A stretch of DNA of 64,000 bases from Candidatus Aenigmatarchaeota archaeon (GCA_018920345.1 JAHLMN010000007.1:2-64001); one strand, 5' to 3'; shown: positions 27,558 to 37,260, numbered from the stretch's first letter. Notes: generated from the letters alone by a model not told the origin. Made by a program: numbers and translations.

Positions 27558-28979
27558 ATGGAAAAAAAATCTCTTTTAAGCAAAATTCTCAAAAAAATTA
27601 CACCTAAACCTAAAGAAGAGAGAAAAATCAAGCTAATAGCTAAAAAAATACTTGAAACAGCAACATCAATAGCTTCTTTTCACAAAGCTGAAGTTATTCT
27701 TGCAGGCTCTTTAACAAGAGATACTTGGTTACCAAACAAAAATGAGATAGATGTTTTTATACTTTTCCCTAAAAATTTGTCTTTAAAACAGCTGGAGGAA
27801 ATAGGTTTAGATACTGGTAAAAAGATAATAGAAAGCTTGAAAGGCAAATGGACAATAGAATATGCTCAACATCCCTATATAAGAGGAACTATAAATGGAA
27901 TAAGCATTGACATAGTCCCTTGCTACAAGCTTGAAAAGGGCGAAAAGATAATATCTGCAGTAGATAGAACTCAATTTCATGTAAAATATCTTGAAGAAAA
28001 ACTCCCAAAAGAAGCAAGAAATGAAGTTCGTTTGCTAAAACAATTTTTAAAGGCCAATGATTTATATGGAGCTGATGCTAAAACAAATGGTTTTTCTGGC
28101 TATTTGTGCGAGCTTTTAATAATTCAATACAAAAGTTTTCTAAATTTGTTACAAGCAGTCAAAAACTGGAAAGTTAAAGAAATAATAGACATAGAGAAGC
28201 AATGGAAAAAGGAAGATTATAATCACTTGAAAAAGAAATTCAAAGATGAAATATTAATAGTCATAGATCCTGTGGATAAAGAAAGAAATGTTGCTTCTGC
28301 TGTTAACGCATATAATTTCTTCAAATTTAAGAAACTTGCCATAGAATTTCTTGAAAAACCTAAAGAAGAATTCTTTTTCAAAAAAGAAATAAAACCTTTA
28401 TCAGCAAAAGAATTTGAAAAAATAGTAAAAGAAAGAGGCACAGATATTATTGCTATAATCTTTGATCCACCAAAAGTTGTTCCTGATATTTTATGGCCAC
28501 AATTAAGAAAAACAACAAAAAGACTGGAAAATATATTGAAAGAATATGAGTTTTATGTTCTCAAAAGCGATTGTTGGAGTAATGAGAAGGATTTGGCTGT
28601 AATAATTTTAGAAATGCAAGTCAGTAGGTTGCCACAAATAGATAAAATAGTTGGTCCGTGGGTTTTTGATGAAAAAAATGCAAGAAATTTTGCAGAAAAA
28701 CATAAAAACGATGCAATAGCCGGACCATATATAGAGGATAATTATTGGGTTGTTGAAGTTTACAGAAAATGGACTTCAGCTAGAATAAAACTAATAGACT
28801 CAATAAGTGAAAGTAAAGATATATTGCAACACAAGGGTATACCTAATTTTATTGCAGAACAATTGTCGAAAAAATTCAAAGTAATAGGTTCGGATGAATT
28901 AAAAAAATATTTGAGAAATAGAGATTTTGCTATATTTATGAGAAGCTATTTCGAGAAAGAAAACCTTGCTTTAATCTAA
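27558..28979 (+). CDS. cca: CCA-adding enzyme (archaeal class I tRNA nucleotidyltransferase)
   Basis: GSLTRDTWLPNKNEIDVFILF nucleotidyltransferase motif, SIDIVPCY, AVDRTQFHVKYL, GFSGYLCELLIIQY. Confidence 0.92.
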   Translation: MEKKSLLSKILKKITPKPKEERKIKLIAKKILETATSIASFHKAEVILAGSLTRDTWLPNKNEIDVFILFPKNLSLKQLEEIGLDTGKKIIESLKGKWTIEYAQHPYIRGTINGISIDIVPCYKLEKGEKIISAVDRTQFHVKYLEEKLPKEARNEVRLLKQFLKANDLYGADAKTNGFSGYLCELLIIQYKSFLNLLQAVKNWKVKEIIDIEKQWKKEDYNHLKKKFKDEILIVIDPVDKERNVASAVNAYNFFKFKKLAIEFLEKPKEEFFFKKEIKPLSAKEFEKIVKERGTDIIAIIFDPPKVVPDILWPQLRKTTKRLENILKEYEFYVLKSDCWSNEKDLAVIILEMQVSRLPQIDKIVGPWVFDEKNARNFAEKHKNDAIAGPYIEDNYWVVEVYRKWTSARIKLIDSISESKDILQHKGIPNFIAEQLSKKFKVIGSDELKKYLRNRDFAIFMRSYFEKENLALI

Positions 28980-29697
28980 AAATTATGTTTTGAATTTTTT
29001 CTAAAATCTGATAAAAGAATCCTGTTTTTTTAAATAAATAATCATAATTGCCAGAATTTATATTTAGTTTTCTGCCAACTTCTTTATCTGTTTCTATTAA
29101 AACTTTGACTAAATCATCATAAGAAAAATATATATTGTCTGTATAACTATCGTTACATTTCCTTATTGTTGTCTCAGCTTTTTTGCATGGAAAGCTAAAA
29201 CTGCATTTCTGTTCAACAACCCAATCTTTTTTATTCAACATTTTATCTATTTTATCTTCAAATGGTTTATGGCAAGAAAAATAATCTTCACCTGTAACTT
29301 GATGTAAAGGGACAAAAGCGTCAGAATAATAATGTATTGCCATACCTATGCTATAATCATCTTTTTTTATTGTTTGATTAAACTTTTCTAATGTAGGACA
29401 ACTAAAATAGCTGTTGTTAAAGCATAAAGAGATATCATCAAAATAATGTAAAGTTCCAGGTGCTTTTTTATTTGTATCTATTTTTTTGCATTGAACAGCA
29501 TAATAGCAATTATGATATTTTTGATCATTTACTATATTATCAGGTGCATTACATCCTTCTAAAAATAAAGTTTTGTTTTTTATTATTGCTTGTAAATCTT
29601 TGTTTCCATTATAAATCTTTTCACAAATCCATATGTGTGTATCAAAACCCCAAGCCGCAACTATAGGTATAAACAAAAATAACAAAAACCAACGCAT
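28936..29697 (-). CDS. Secreted zinc-dependent phospholipase C / P1-nuclease-superfamily-like protein
   Basis: A signal peptide is followed directly by WGFDTH (an N-terminal Trp/His Zn ligand pattern). Also HYYSDAFVPLH and a later H..FED. Many Cys residues. Confidence 0.5.
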   Translation of the reverse strand: MRWFLLFLFIPIVAAWGFDTHIWICEKIYNGNKDLQAIIKNKTLFLEGCNAPDNIVNDQKYHNCYYAVQCKKIDTNKKAPGTLHYFDDISLCFNNSYFSCPTLEKFNQTIKKDDYSIGMAIHYYSDAFVPLHQVTGEDYFSCHKPFEDKIDKMLNKKDWVVEQKCSFSFPCKKAETTIRKCNDSYTDNIYFSYDDLVKVLIETDKEVGRKLNINSGNYDYLFKKTGFFYQILEKIQNIIFRLKQGFLSRNSFS

Positions 29698-29712
29698 TAA
29701 AAAATATTTGTT

Positions 29713-30579
29713 TCAAGATAATAAATCTTCATCATCCATTCTTGGACAGACCATATTTATAACTGCATCAAATTTCATACCTATTATCTTATCTTTAGAG
29801 ACAGTATCAAAAGCTAATATATGTACTTGCTTTCCTTGTTCTTCCAATTCTTTTTTCAACTTAAATGCTTCTTTTATTCTATTCTGTCCTTGCTTCCAGC
29901 AAACTGTTATTGCTATCACTCTAGCGTCTTTTATTTTCTGTTCATGCCAAGCCTTTTTTTTCAAATACTTCATTTTCTCTTTTTCAAAATCTATTATTTT
30001 TTGTTTTTCTAGATCTAAAGAATATACTGGTTTATCAGTTGCTAAAACAACCCCAAAAGGATGAAATCTTCCTGTTCCGACATATAATAAACAATCTGCT
30101 TTTAAGCCAACAGCGGCGTCTATTCTACATCCCAATATCTGCCCTTCATGTTTTTGTGTTTTAGCTGTAACTACTTTTTTTCCTCTTTTCTCCAAAAAAT
30201 CTTTTACTTTTTTCATGGCAGGAATGTATTGCAAACTAGCAAATAATCCTATAGTTTTGTATTTCTCTATATGTGAAAATTCTTTTTCTATAATTGGTAT
30301 TGGATCAACATCAAAAAAATAATCCCAATAAACCACCGGTAATTCAGACTTGACACCAAAATCTGTATGAGCTATATGAAGTATAGCATCGCATTCTAGC
30401 CTCTTTGCCTCAAAATCTCTAACATCGCAAGCACCAAAAGTTGGTTCACAACATAAAACAGTTTCAAAACCACTCTTTTTCAATTCTTCGTCTATTTCTT
30501 GTATTTTTGTCTTCAAACCTTCTGGATATTGAACAAAAATTCTTTTTGCCCCTAATTTCTTCAATTCATCCAAATACAT
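29713..30579 (-). CDS. dph2: Diphthamide synthesis protein Dph2 (2-(3-amino-3-carboxypropyl)histidine synthase)
   Basis: Archaeal Dph2 pattern: RIFVQYPEGLK, CCEPTFGACD, ILHIAHT, LYVGTGRFHP. Confidence 0.82.
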   Translation of the reverse strand: MYLDELKKLGAKRIFVQYPEGLKTKIQEIDEELKKSGFETVLCCEPTFGACDVRDFEAKRLECDAILHIAHTDFGVKSELPVVYWDYFFDVDPIPIIEKEFSHIEKYKTIGLFASLQYIPAMKKVKDFLEKRGKKVVTAKTQKHEGQILGCRIDAAVGLKADCLLYVGTGRFHPFGVVLATDKPVYSLDLEKQKIIDFEKEKMKYLKKKAWHEQKIKDARVIAITVCWKQGQNRIKEAFKLKKELEEQGKQVHILAFDTVSKDKIIGMKFDAVINMVCPRMDDEDLLS

Positions 30580-30622
30580 AAAACCATCAAGAATTAAGAT
30601 TTAAAGAATTAATTTAAATGTT

Positions 30623-30874
30623 ATGGTTAGCTTGTCTTGGCGAACAAAGAGGAAGGGTTATTGGCTATTTAAGGAAGGTAAAGTAAAGAAAGACATAGAA
30701 ACAGATAAAAGGATATATTTTTTGGTTTATGGTGATAAGGAGCATTCAGTAATTTTTGATAAAACTAAAGGCAAGTTTACTTGTGACTGTGAATATTTTT
30801 CTTTAAAGCTATCTGACTGTTCACATATTTATGCTGTAAAACTATTTTTGGGTGTGGAAAATGAGAGAGATTGA
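30623..30874 (+). CDS. SWIM zinc-finger protein (small)
   Basis: CDCEYFSLKLSDCSHIYAVKL fits the SWIM CxCx(n)CxH signature. Confidence 0.6.
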   Translation: MVSLSWRTKRKGYWLFKEGKVKKDIETDKRIYFLVYGDKEHSVIFDKTKGKFTCDCEYFSLKLSDCSHIYAVKLFLGVENERD

Positions 30875-31064
30875 ATATTATTGTCCTACATGTAAAAAAT
30901 TTGTTAAAGAATTTAGAGTAGAACCTAATTTTTATGGTTTAAATACAGGTCTAAGTGGAAAAAGAACTCTTCCAGGTTCAGGAATGATTGTAAAAATTTG
31001 TGAAAAATGCAATAGTGTTTTGATTGAATTAGTAAAAGAAGGGAAAAAGAAAAGAAAAGATTAG
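30861..31064 (+). CDS. Small zinc-ribbon protein
   Basis: CPTCKK...CEKCNS pairs and a basic C-terminal tail. Overlaps the end of the SWIM ORF by 14 nt (or 23 nt from the GTG at 30852). Confidence 0.5.
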   Translation: MREIEYYCPTCKKFVKEFRVEPNFYGLNTGLSGKRTLPGSGMIVKICEKCNSVLIELVKEGKKKRKD

Positions 31065-31214
31065 CATTTAGATTTTGTTGTTTTTTTCGTTGTTTTTTTC
31101 TTTGCTGCCATAATAACCACTAATAAAATTTTGTTTATATTACTTAAAAAATATCATTAAAATTTTGTTTTTAATTTTCAAAATTTTTTGAATTTTATTT
31201 TTCAAATAATTATT

Positions 31215-32042
31215 ATGCCTGTTAATGCACCAAACGAGTATTATTTAGCAGAAGAAAAGTATAAAAATGCAAAAACAAGAGAAGAAAAAATAAAGTATTT
31301 GGAAGAAATGATTGCTTTATTACCAAAACACCACGGCTCAGAAAAGCTTTTAATGGAATTAAAAAAAAGATTAGCAAAATTAAAACAACAAAAAGAATCA
31401 AAACCGGCTAAGACAAGTTTTTCTATAAAAAAAGAAGGTGCTGCTCAAGTTTGTTTAATAGGCTTAGCTAATTCAGGTAAAAGCACTTTATTGAAAATGC
31501 TTACAGGTGTTGATGTAAAAATTGCTGATTATCCTTATACAACAACAAAACCCGAAGTTGGAATGATGAGATATGAAGATGTATGGATACAAATAGTTGA
31601 AATTCCGTCAACATTTGATTCTATGTGGCTGGGGATTGTGCATAATTGTGATTTAATAATAAGAGTAATTGATGGAAATGAAGATATAAATAAACAAAGA
31701 AAAGAAATTAGAAAAATTTTAGAAGAAAATAGAATAAGAGTTCCGACGATTAAGGTAGTCATGAAAAGACCTTTGAATATTGAGAAAATAAAAAATCAAA
31801 TATGGCAACAGTTGAATTTAATAAGAATTTATACAAAAGATCAGGGCAAAGAACCTGAAAAAACACCAATTATTTTTAAAGGTCATGCAACAGTTGAAGA
31901 TGTTGTTAAAGAAATACATAAAGATTTTTTAAAACATTTTAGATATGCAAAAGTTTGGGGAAAATCTGTAAAGCATCAAGGTGCACAAGTTGGATTAGAT
32001 CATCAATTGGCCGACAAGGATATAGTTCAAATATTTGCTTAG
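31215..32042 (+). CDS. DRG/Obg-family GTP-binding protein with C-terminal TGS domain (shortened)
   Basis: N-terminal DRG-type helix (YLEEMIALLPKHHGSEKL), G1 GLANSGKST, G2 YPYTT, and a TGS-like C-terminus (IRIYTK...VWGKSVKHQGAQVGLDHQLADKDIVQIF). Confidence 0.72.
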   Translation: MPVNAPNEYYLAEEKYKNAKTREEKIKYLEEMIALLPKHHGSEKLLMELKKRLAKLKQQKESKPAKTSFSIKKEGAAQVCLIGLANSGKSTLLKMLTGVDVKIADYPYTTTKPEVGMMRYEDVWIQIVEIPSTFDSMWLGIVHNCDLIIRVIDGNEDINKQRKEIRKILEENRIRVPTIKVVMKRPLNIEKIKNQIWQQLNLIRIYTKDQGKEPEKTPIIFKGHATVEDVVKEIHKDFLKHFRYAKVWGKSVKHQGAQVGLDHQLADKDIVQIFA

Positions 32043-32081
32043 GTATCTTAAATAAATCTTTTTCTATGTAAAATATATTTC

Positions 32082-32495
32082 ATGGAACAATTTGAAGTTG
32101 AAATGTATGCCATAATAGAAAATAATGGCAAAGTATTAGCGTTACTTAAGAAATCTACAGATGGATTTTCAGCAGACAAGTGGTCTTTACCTGGCGGAAA
32201 AATGAATTTTGGTGAAGATGCTATAGATTGTTTAAAAAGAGTTGTTAAAGAATCCAGTAATTTAGATATAGATGTATTAAGTCCGATAGATGTTTCAGTA
32301 GATGTAGATGAAGATAAAAAGAAGCAAAAAATAGCGATAACTTATATTTGTGAATTTAAATCAGGTCAATTAAAAACTAGCAAAGAATACAAGGAAGCAA
32401 AATGGCATGATCCAAAAAAAATACCTGATTTAGAAGAGTTAGATTGGGTAATGGAAAAGGCAATTTATCCATATATAGAACTTATATCAGCTTAG
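32082..32495 (+). CDS. NUDIX hydrolase (degenerate Nudix box)
   Basis: LPGGKMNFGEDAIDCLKRVVKESSNL approximates GX5EX7REUXEEXGU. Confidence 0.65.
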   Translation: MEQFEVEMYAIIENNGKVLALLKKSTDGFSADKWSLPGGKMNFGEDAIDCLKRVVKESSNLDIDVLSPIDVSVDVDEDKKKQKIAITYICEFKSGQLKTSKEYKEAKWHDPKKIPDLEELDWVMEKAIYPYIELISA

Positions 32496-33517
32496 TCAAC
32501 AAAAATAACAGGTAATTTAGGTAAATTACAAAAATCTGTAGTAAAACAGTAAGCTCCAGCATTTAAAAAGACTATTTTATCTCCAACTTTTGGATTTTTC
32601 AATTTTACATCATATCTAAATATATCCATGGAGCAAGGTGTACATCCTTTAACAACATAAGTTTCTCCCTCTTCTTGCTCTCCTTCTATTAATAATTTTA
32701 TTGGTACTATTATTGTATCTAAAGCACCATTGTAAACAGAAGCATCAACAATTATATTGTTTTCGTGTATTGACAATATCTCTGTCTCTAATTTTGTTGG
32801 AGGTGCTGCCAAAAATCTCCCTGGCTCAATTATTGTTTTTATATTATATTGCTTCAACCAATCCCTTAGCTCAATTATTTTTTCAAAAATAAAATTCAAA
32901 TTTCTTGCTGTTGTATTTTTATAATCTACAGGCAAACCTCCGCCTATATTTATTGCATCAATACTCCTTAATGTTTCTTCTGTTAACATTTGTGATAATT
33001 CTTCTTTCAAATTCCATTCACTTGTGTTTTGCGTCTTTCTATGAAAATGGACGCCTAATAATTTTATACCTTTCTGTTTTCTTAATCTTGGTATCCAATC
33101 ATTTATTTGTTTAGAATACATTCCAAAAACAAAATATTTGCCTGTATGAATTGTATGCTCTCTCATTTTCATTCTTAAAAGCAAGTTGATTTCAACATCA
33201 TTTTCATTTAAAAAATCTATAAGCATTTTCAAGTCTGTCTCATTATCTACTATGAAATTTTCTATACCTTTATCGATCAACTCTTTTATTTTTTGTTTAT
33301 CCCAAGCTTGAGCAACAAACCAAACTCTTTTCATATCTTTAATAAAAGTTAATGATTCCATCATATGTATAGTAAAGAAAGAATCTGTTTTTTCTTCTAA
33401 TATCCAAGATATTTCAGGAAATGTCTTTAAACTATATGATATTTCTAAACCTAGATCTTTCAATTTTTTGTATTGGTCTAATAATTTTGATATACTAACT
33501 ATAAATCTTGATTTCAT
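32492..33517 (-). CDS. PLP-dependent decarboxylase, Orn/DAP/Arg decarboxylase family (fold type III)
   Basis: YSLKTFP (PLP lysine), GVHFHRKTQ, INIGGGLP, EPGRFLAAP, CTPCSMDIF, GAYCFTTDF. ATGA overlap with dys. Confidence 0.78.
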   Translation of the reverse strand: MKSRFIVSISKLLDQYKKLKDLGLEISYSLKTFPEISWILEEKTDSFFTIHMMESLTFIKDMKRVWFVAQAWDKQKIKELIDKGIENFIVDNETDLKMLIDFLNENDVEINLLLRMKMREHTIHTGKYFVFGMYSKQINDWIPRLRKQKGIKLLGVHFHRKTQNTSEWNLKEELSQMLTEETLRSIDAINIGGGLPVDYKNTTARNLNFIFEKIIELRDWLKQYNIKTIIEPGRFLAAPPTKLETEILSIHENNIIVDASVYNGALDTIIVPIKLLIEGEQEEGETYVVKGCTPCSMDIFRYDVKLKNPKVGDKIVFLNAGAYCFTTDFCNLPKLPVIFVD

Positions 33518-34449
33518 ATTAATCCCTCTTCACTTAATATATCTAAAGCAGCAAACATTGCTAATGGAAAAGTTATGCTAACGTCACCTATAACAGTAAC
33601 TGCATCTGCAGAATCTTTTATCTTTCCCCAACTCTTAGCTTCTCTAGTTGTTGCTCCACTTAAACTACCAGAATATTCATGTGCTGTAGTCATATAAACG
33701 GCATAGTCTGCTCCGCCATTTAGCAAAGTACCTAATATAGCATGATGTTTTGAAACACCTCCACCCAAAGCTATTATTGCTTTTTTATCATCATGTGTAG
33801 AGCTAAAAATCAAATTAGCAAAATCCTGAACAACATCTATTACAAAATCTTTGTGATCTTGTTGAAACATAAATAGATGAAAACCAAATGCCCCATCTGT
33901 TATAGCAGGGCAAAAAACAGGAACATTGTTTTTAGCTGCTTGATAAAGTATTGATCTTTCATCTTTCAGCATTAATCCTATTTCTTTTAGCATCTCAGAA
34001 ACAGAATATCTATTTTTTTTAGCATACAACTTTGCCAATATTTCAAGCATATATGATTCGAATCTTTCATAACTTTCATTTCTTATTAATAAATTGCCTA
34101 CTCTATTCATCCCTTTTTCATGTAAACCGACATCATCAGCAGAATAATTACCTATATAAAAATCTTCGCCTATTGCCTTCATTATATCTTCTTCTATACT
34201 ACCAACGGTTGTTATAATAACATCTGCCATCTTTAACTCTATTAATTGAGCAAAAAAGCCTCTAAGACCTGAAGTCGTCATATTAGAAGTAAAAGTCAAG
34301 TAAATTTTTGCACCTTCTCTTTTCATCTTTGTAAAACATTCTACTGCTTTGTTCAACTCCACACCTTGAAAACCACAATTACCTAGAGATTTGACTAATT
34401 CAAATACCTTCATTCCTTTTTGCCATTTTATATCTTTAACTTTTGCCAT
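33514..34449 (-). CDS. dys: Deoxyhypusine synthase
   Basis: DHS pattern (IYLTFTSNMTTSGLRG, ITTVGSIEEDIMK, GGGVSKHH, EAKSWGKI). ATG at 34449; alternative GTG at 34461. Confidence 0.9.
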   Translation of the reverse strand: MAKVKDIKWQKGMKVFELVKSLGNCGFQGVELNKAVECFTKMKREGAKIYLTFTSNMTTSGLRGFFAQLIELKMADVIITTVGSIEEDIMKAIGEDFYIGNYSADDVGLHEKGMNRVGNLLIRNESYERFESYMLEILAKLYAKKNRYSVSEMLKEIGLMLKDERSILYQAAKNNVPVFCPAITDGAFGFHLFMFQQDHKDFVIDVVQDFANLIFSSTHDDKKAIIALGGGVSKHHAILGTLLNGGADYAVYMTTAHEYSGSLSGATTREAKSWGKIKDSADAVTVIGDVSITFPLAMFAALDILSEEGLI

Positions 34450-34571
34450 TAATATCACCAATAAAAATTCAGTTTAATCAAAATTAATATAGAAAGAATT
34501 AGATTTATGGTGTTGTCCTCTTTTTTGACATATATTAAATATTTAAAATAACAAAATTTAAAAAACTTTAC

Positions 34572-35471
34572 ATGAATCAATTTCTAACAATAGAAATAGG
34601 TATTTTGGCTCTATACATATCTTGTATATTTTACATTATAAAAAAAGATAAAAAAATGATTTTATTCTTTTTAGCTTCAACTTTGTATGCTATATTTTTT
34701 GAAAATATGAATATTTTATTATCTCAAGGTTTTGAGGGAGGATATTATTACAATAAAAATTTTTCTATTTTTATTTTTCATTTACCTCTATTTGTCAGTT
34801 TAGCTTGGTCTATTATTATTTATACAAGTATAAAAATCGCCCAATCATTAAAAATTTCTGAAAATTCTTTGCCTTTTGCTGCATCTTTAATTGTTTTACT
34901 AATAGATTTAGCAATAGATGTAATTGCTATAAGACTAGAATATTGGACATGGATAGGTTATAGTTTGAAAGATGGTTATTTTGGCGTGCCAGCTAGTAAT
35001 TTTATAGGTTGGCTATTTATTTCTTTTTCTTGGTTTTATATTGATCAAAAATTGAAAATCAAAAAAAATTGGCTCAAATATTCTATTATGCCAATAATTG
35101 CATATATTTTTTATTTCTTGTTGTTTATACCAATAACTTTGGTTCAGAACATATTTTATTTTAATAAAACACAGCAATTTTTCGTATTAATATTTTTAAT
35201 ATTTTTATTTTTATCATTAATAAAAAAGGGTGAAGTAAAACATAAAACAGATAACATAATTTATATATTTAGACTGCCTTTCTATATTTTTGGTTTTTAT
35301 TTTCTTTTATCAAGAAAAATTTATCAGGAAAATATTTTATTACTTTTGTTTTCAATAATCTTTTTAACATTAGAAATCGCACTTTTTTTAGGTGAAAAAG
35401 GTGTATTTGAGAGAAAAAATAATAAAAACAATATCAAAATCTTTAAAACAAATAGAATTTCTAAGAAATGA
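34572..35471 (+). CDS. Integral membrane protein, COG2324/carotenoid-biosynthesis-protein (DUF422)-like
   Basis: Multiple TM helices. RLEYWTW...GYFGVPASNFIGW resembles my recollection of that family. The low-complexity C-terminal tail overlaps argS. Confidence 0.5.
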   Translation: MNQFLTIEIGILALYISCIFYIIKKDKKMILFFLASTLYAIFFENMNILLSQGFEGGYYYNKNFSIFIFHLPLFVSLAWSIIIYTSIKIAQSLKISENSLPFAASLIVLLIDLAIDVIAIRLEYWTWIGYSLKDGYFGVPASNFIGWLFISFSWFYIDQKLKIKKNWLKYSIMPIIAYIFYFLLFIPITLVQNIFYFNKTQQFFVLIFLIFLFLSLIKKGEVKHKTDNIIYIFRLPFYIFGFYFLLSRKIYQENILLLLFSIIFLTLEIALFLGEKGVFERKNNKNNIKIFKTNRISKK

Positions 35472-37122
35472 AGAAATTGAAAAATTTATCGAAGAACCAC
35501 CAAGAGAGGATTATGGTGATTTTGCTTGTAGTATTGCTTTTAATCTAGCAAAAAAACTTAAAAAATCCCCTTTTGATATTGCAAATGATATTGTAGAAAA
35601 AATAGAAAAAGAAAAAATAATAGAAAAAGTCGAAGCAAAAAATGGTTATGTAAATTTTTTCTTAAATTATGAATTTATTGCAAAAGAATTAATAAAAGAG
35701 GTTAGAAAAAATAAGGAGAATTATGGTAGAACTAAAGTTGGTAAAGGAAAGAAAATCATGGTAGAATTTTCTCAACCAAATCCAGTTCATCCAATGCATA
35801 TAGGTCATGCTAGAACAACTTTAATAGGCGATTCTTTATCTAATATTCTGGAATTCAATGGATACAAAGTTATAAGAGCAAACTATATGAATGATGTTGG
35901 TTTACAAGTAGCAAAATTAGTTACAGCATATAAATTATGGGGAAATAATAAAAAACCAGAAGGAAAGGCAGATTTATGGTTGTGGAGGTTTTATGTAAAA
36001 TTTCATGAAGAAGCGAAAAATAACAAAGAGTTAGAAGATCAAGCGAGAGAAATGCTTAGAAAGTTTGAGTTATTAAAAGATAAAAATGTTTCAAAATTAT
36101 GGAGAAAAATAGTTAACTGGTGTATAGATGGCTTTAAAGAAACTTATAAAAAGATTGATGTGGATTTTGACATATATTTTTATGAAAGTGATTATAGAGA
36201 TTTAGGAAAAAAATTAGTTTTTGAGGCATTGAAAAAAAATATTGCGTTCAAATCTGATCAAGGAACAATAGTAGCAAATCTAGAAAAGGTAGGTCTACCA
36301 AATTTTGTCCTTTTGAGGTCTGACGGAACTGGTTTGTATCAAACAAGTGACCTTGGTTTAACTGTGTATAAATTCAAAAAATATAAGCTAAATAAATCTA
36401 TATGGGTTGTTTCAGCCCAACAAAATCTATACTTTAAACAATTATTTAAGACACTAGAATTACTTGGATTTAAGTGGTCTAAAGATTGTTATCATTTATC
36501 ATTTGAACATGTTATTTTACCTGAGGGTAAAATGTCTTCAAGAGAAGGAAGGGCGATAATGCTTGATGATGTCATTGACAAATTAACAGAATTAGCTCTA
36601 AAAGAAGTTGAAAAAAGAAATCCAAAAATTCAAAGAAAAGATAAATATGATATTGCTAAAAAGATTGCAACAAGTGCCTTAAGATATTGGATACTTAGAA
36701 TTGATACAAACAACATAATAACATTTGACTGGGAAAAAATGTTAAGTTTTGATGGCAACACAGGACCTTATTTGTTGTATGCTTATACAAGATGTAATGG
36801 AATATTAAAAAAAGTAAAAATTATTCCTAAAAAATACCAGAAACCAAAAGAAATTAATATTTATGAAAAAAAGTTGTTGAAAAATATATTACAATTTACT
36901 AAAGTTGTTGAAAAATCAGGAAAAGAATTTAAACCAAGTTATATATGTAATTATTTATATGATCTTTCAACAACATTCACAGAATTTTATCATAATTGCA
37001 GAGTTATTAATGAAGAGGATCAAAAAAGAAAATTATTTAGAATATATCTTGTTCTTATGACAAAAATAGTTTTAGAGAATTCTTTTAAATTAATTGGAAT
37101 AAAACCAACTAAAATAATGTAA
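35392..37122 (+). CDS. argS: Arginyl-tRNA synthetase
   Basis: Class I HIGH (PMHIGHART), KMSK-like (KMSSREG), and a DALR-type C-terminus ending IM. Start codon ambiguous (GTG 35392/35401, TTG 35407); there is no upstream ATG. Confidence 0.93.
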   Translation: MKKVYLREKIIKTISKSLKQIEFLRNEEIEKFIEEPPREDYGDFACSIAFNLAKKLKKSPFDIANDIVEKIEKEKIIEKVEAKNGYVNFFLNYEFIAKELIKEVRKNKENYGRTKVGKGKKIMVEFSQPNPVHPMHIGHARTTLIGDSLSNILEFNGYKVIRANYMNDVGLQVAKLVTAYKLWGNNKKPEGKADLWLWRFYVKFHEEAKNNKELEDQAREMLRKFELLKDKNVSKLWRKIVNWCIDGFKETYKKIDVDFDIYFYESDYRDLGKKLVFEALKKNIAFKSDQGTIVANLEKVGLPNFVLLRSDGTGLYQTSDLGLTVYKFKKYKLNKSIWVVSAQQNLYFKQLFKTLELLGFKWSKDCYHLSFEHVILPEGKMSSREGRAIMLDDVIDKLTELALKEVEKRNPKIQRKDKYDIAKKIATSALRYWILRIDTNNIITFDWEKMLSFDGNTGPYLLYAYTRCNGILKKVKIIPKKYQKPKEINIYEKKLLKNILQFTKVVEKSGKEFKPSYICNYLYDLSTTFTEFYHNCRVINEEDQKRKLFRIYLVLMTKIVLENSFKLIGIKPTKIM

Positions 37123-37123
37123 A

Positions 37124-37243
37124 TTAAATAAGCATAGGATTGGGTTCTACAAATATTTTACCACATTTTTTACATTCATAAGTCATAGGAAATGTTCCAT
37201 TAATAATTTTTATTCTAGCTGAACCACAATATGCGCAATTCAT
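37124..37243 (-). CDS. Candidate 39-aa zinc-ribbon protein
   Basis: Own translation: MNCAYCGSARIKIINGTFPMTYECKKCGKIFVEPNPMLI (CxxC...CxxC). Below the ORF-track cutoff. Confidence 0.45.
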   Translation of the reverse strand: MNCAYCGSARIKIINGTFPMTYECKKCGKIFVEPNPMLI

Positions 37244-37260
37244 ATTACATCACTTAAATT

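Noticed and set aside
31061-31111. 16-codon minus-strand mini-ORF (MAAKKKTTKKTTKSKC)
   Set aside because: It is too short, derives from the T-rich putative terminator tract after the zinc-ribbon gene, and matches no known tiny ribosomal protein I can recall.
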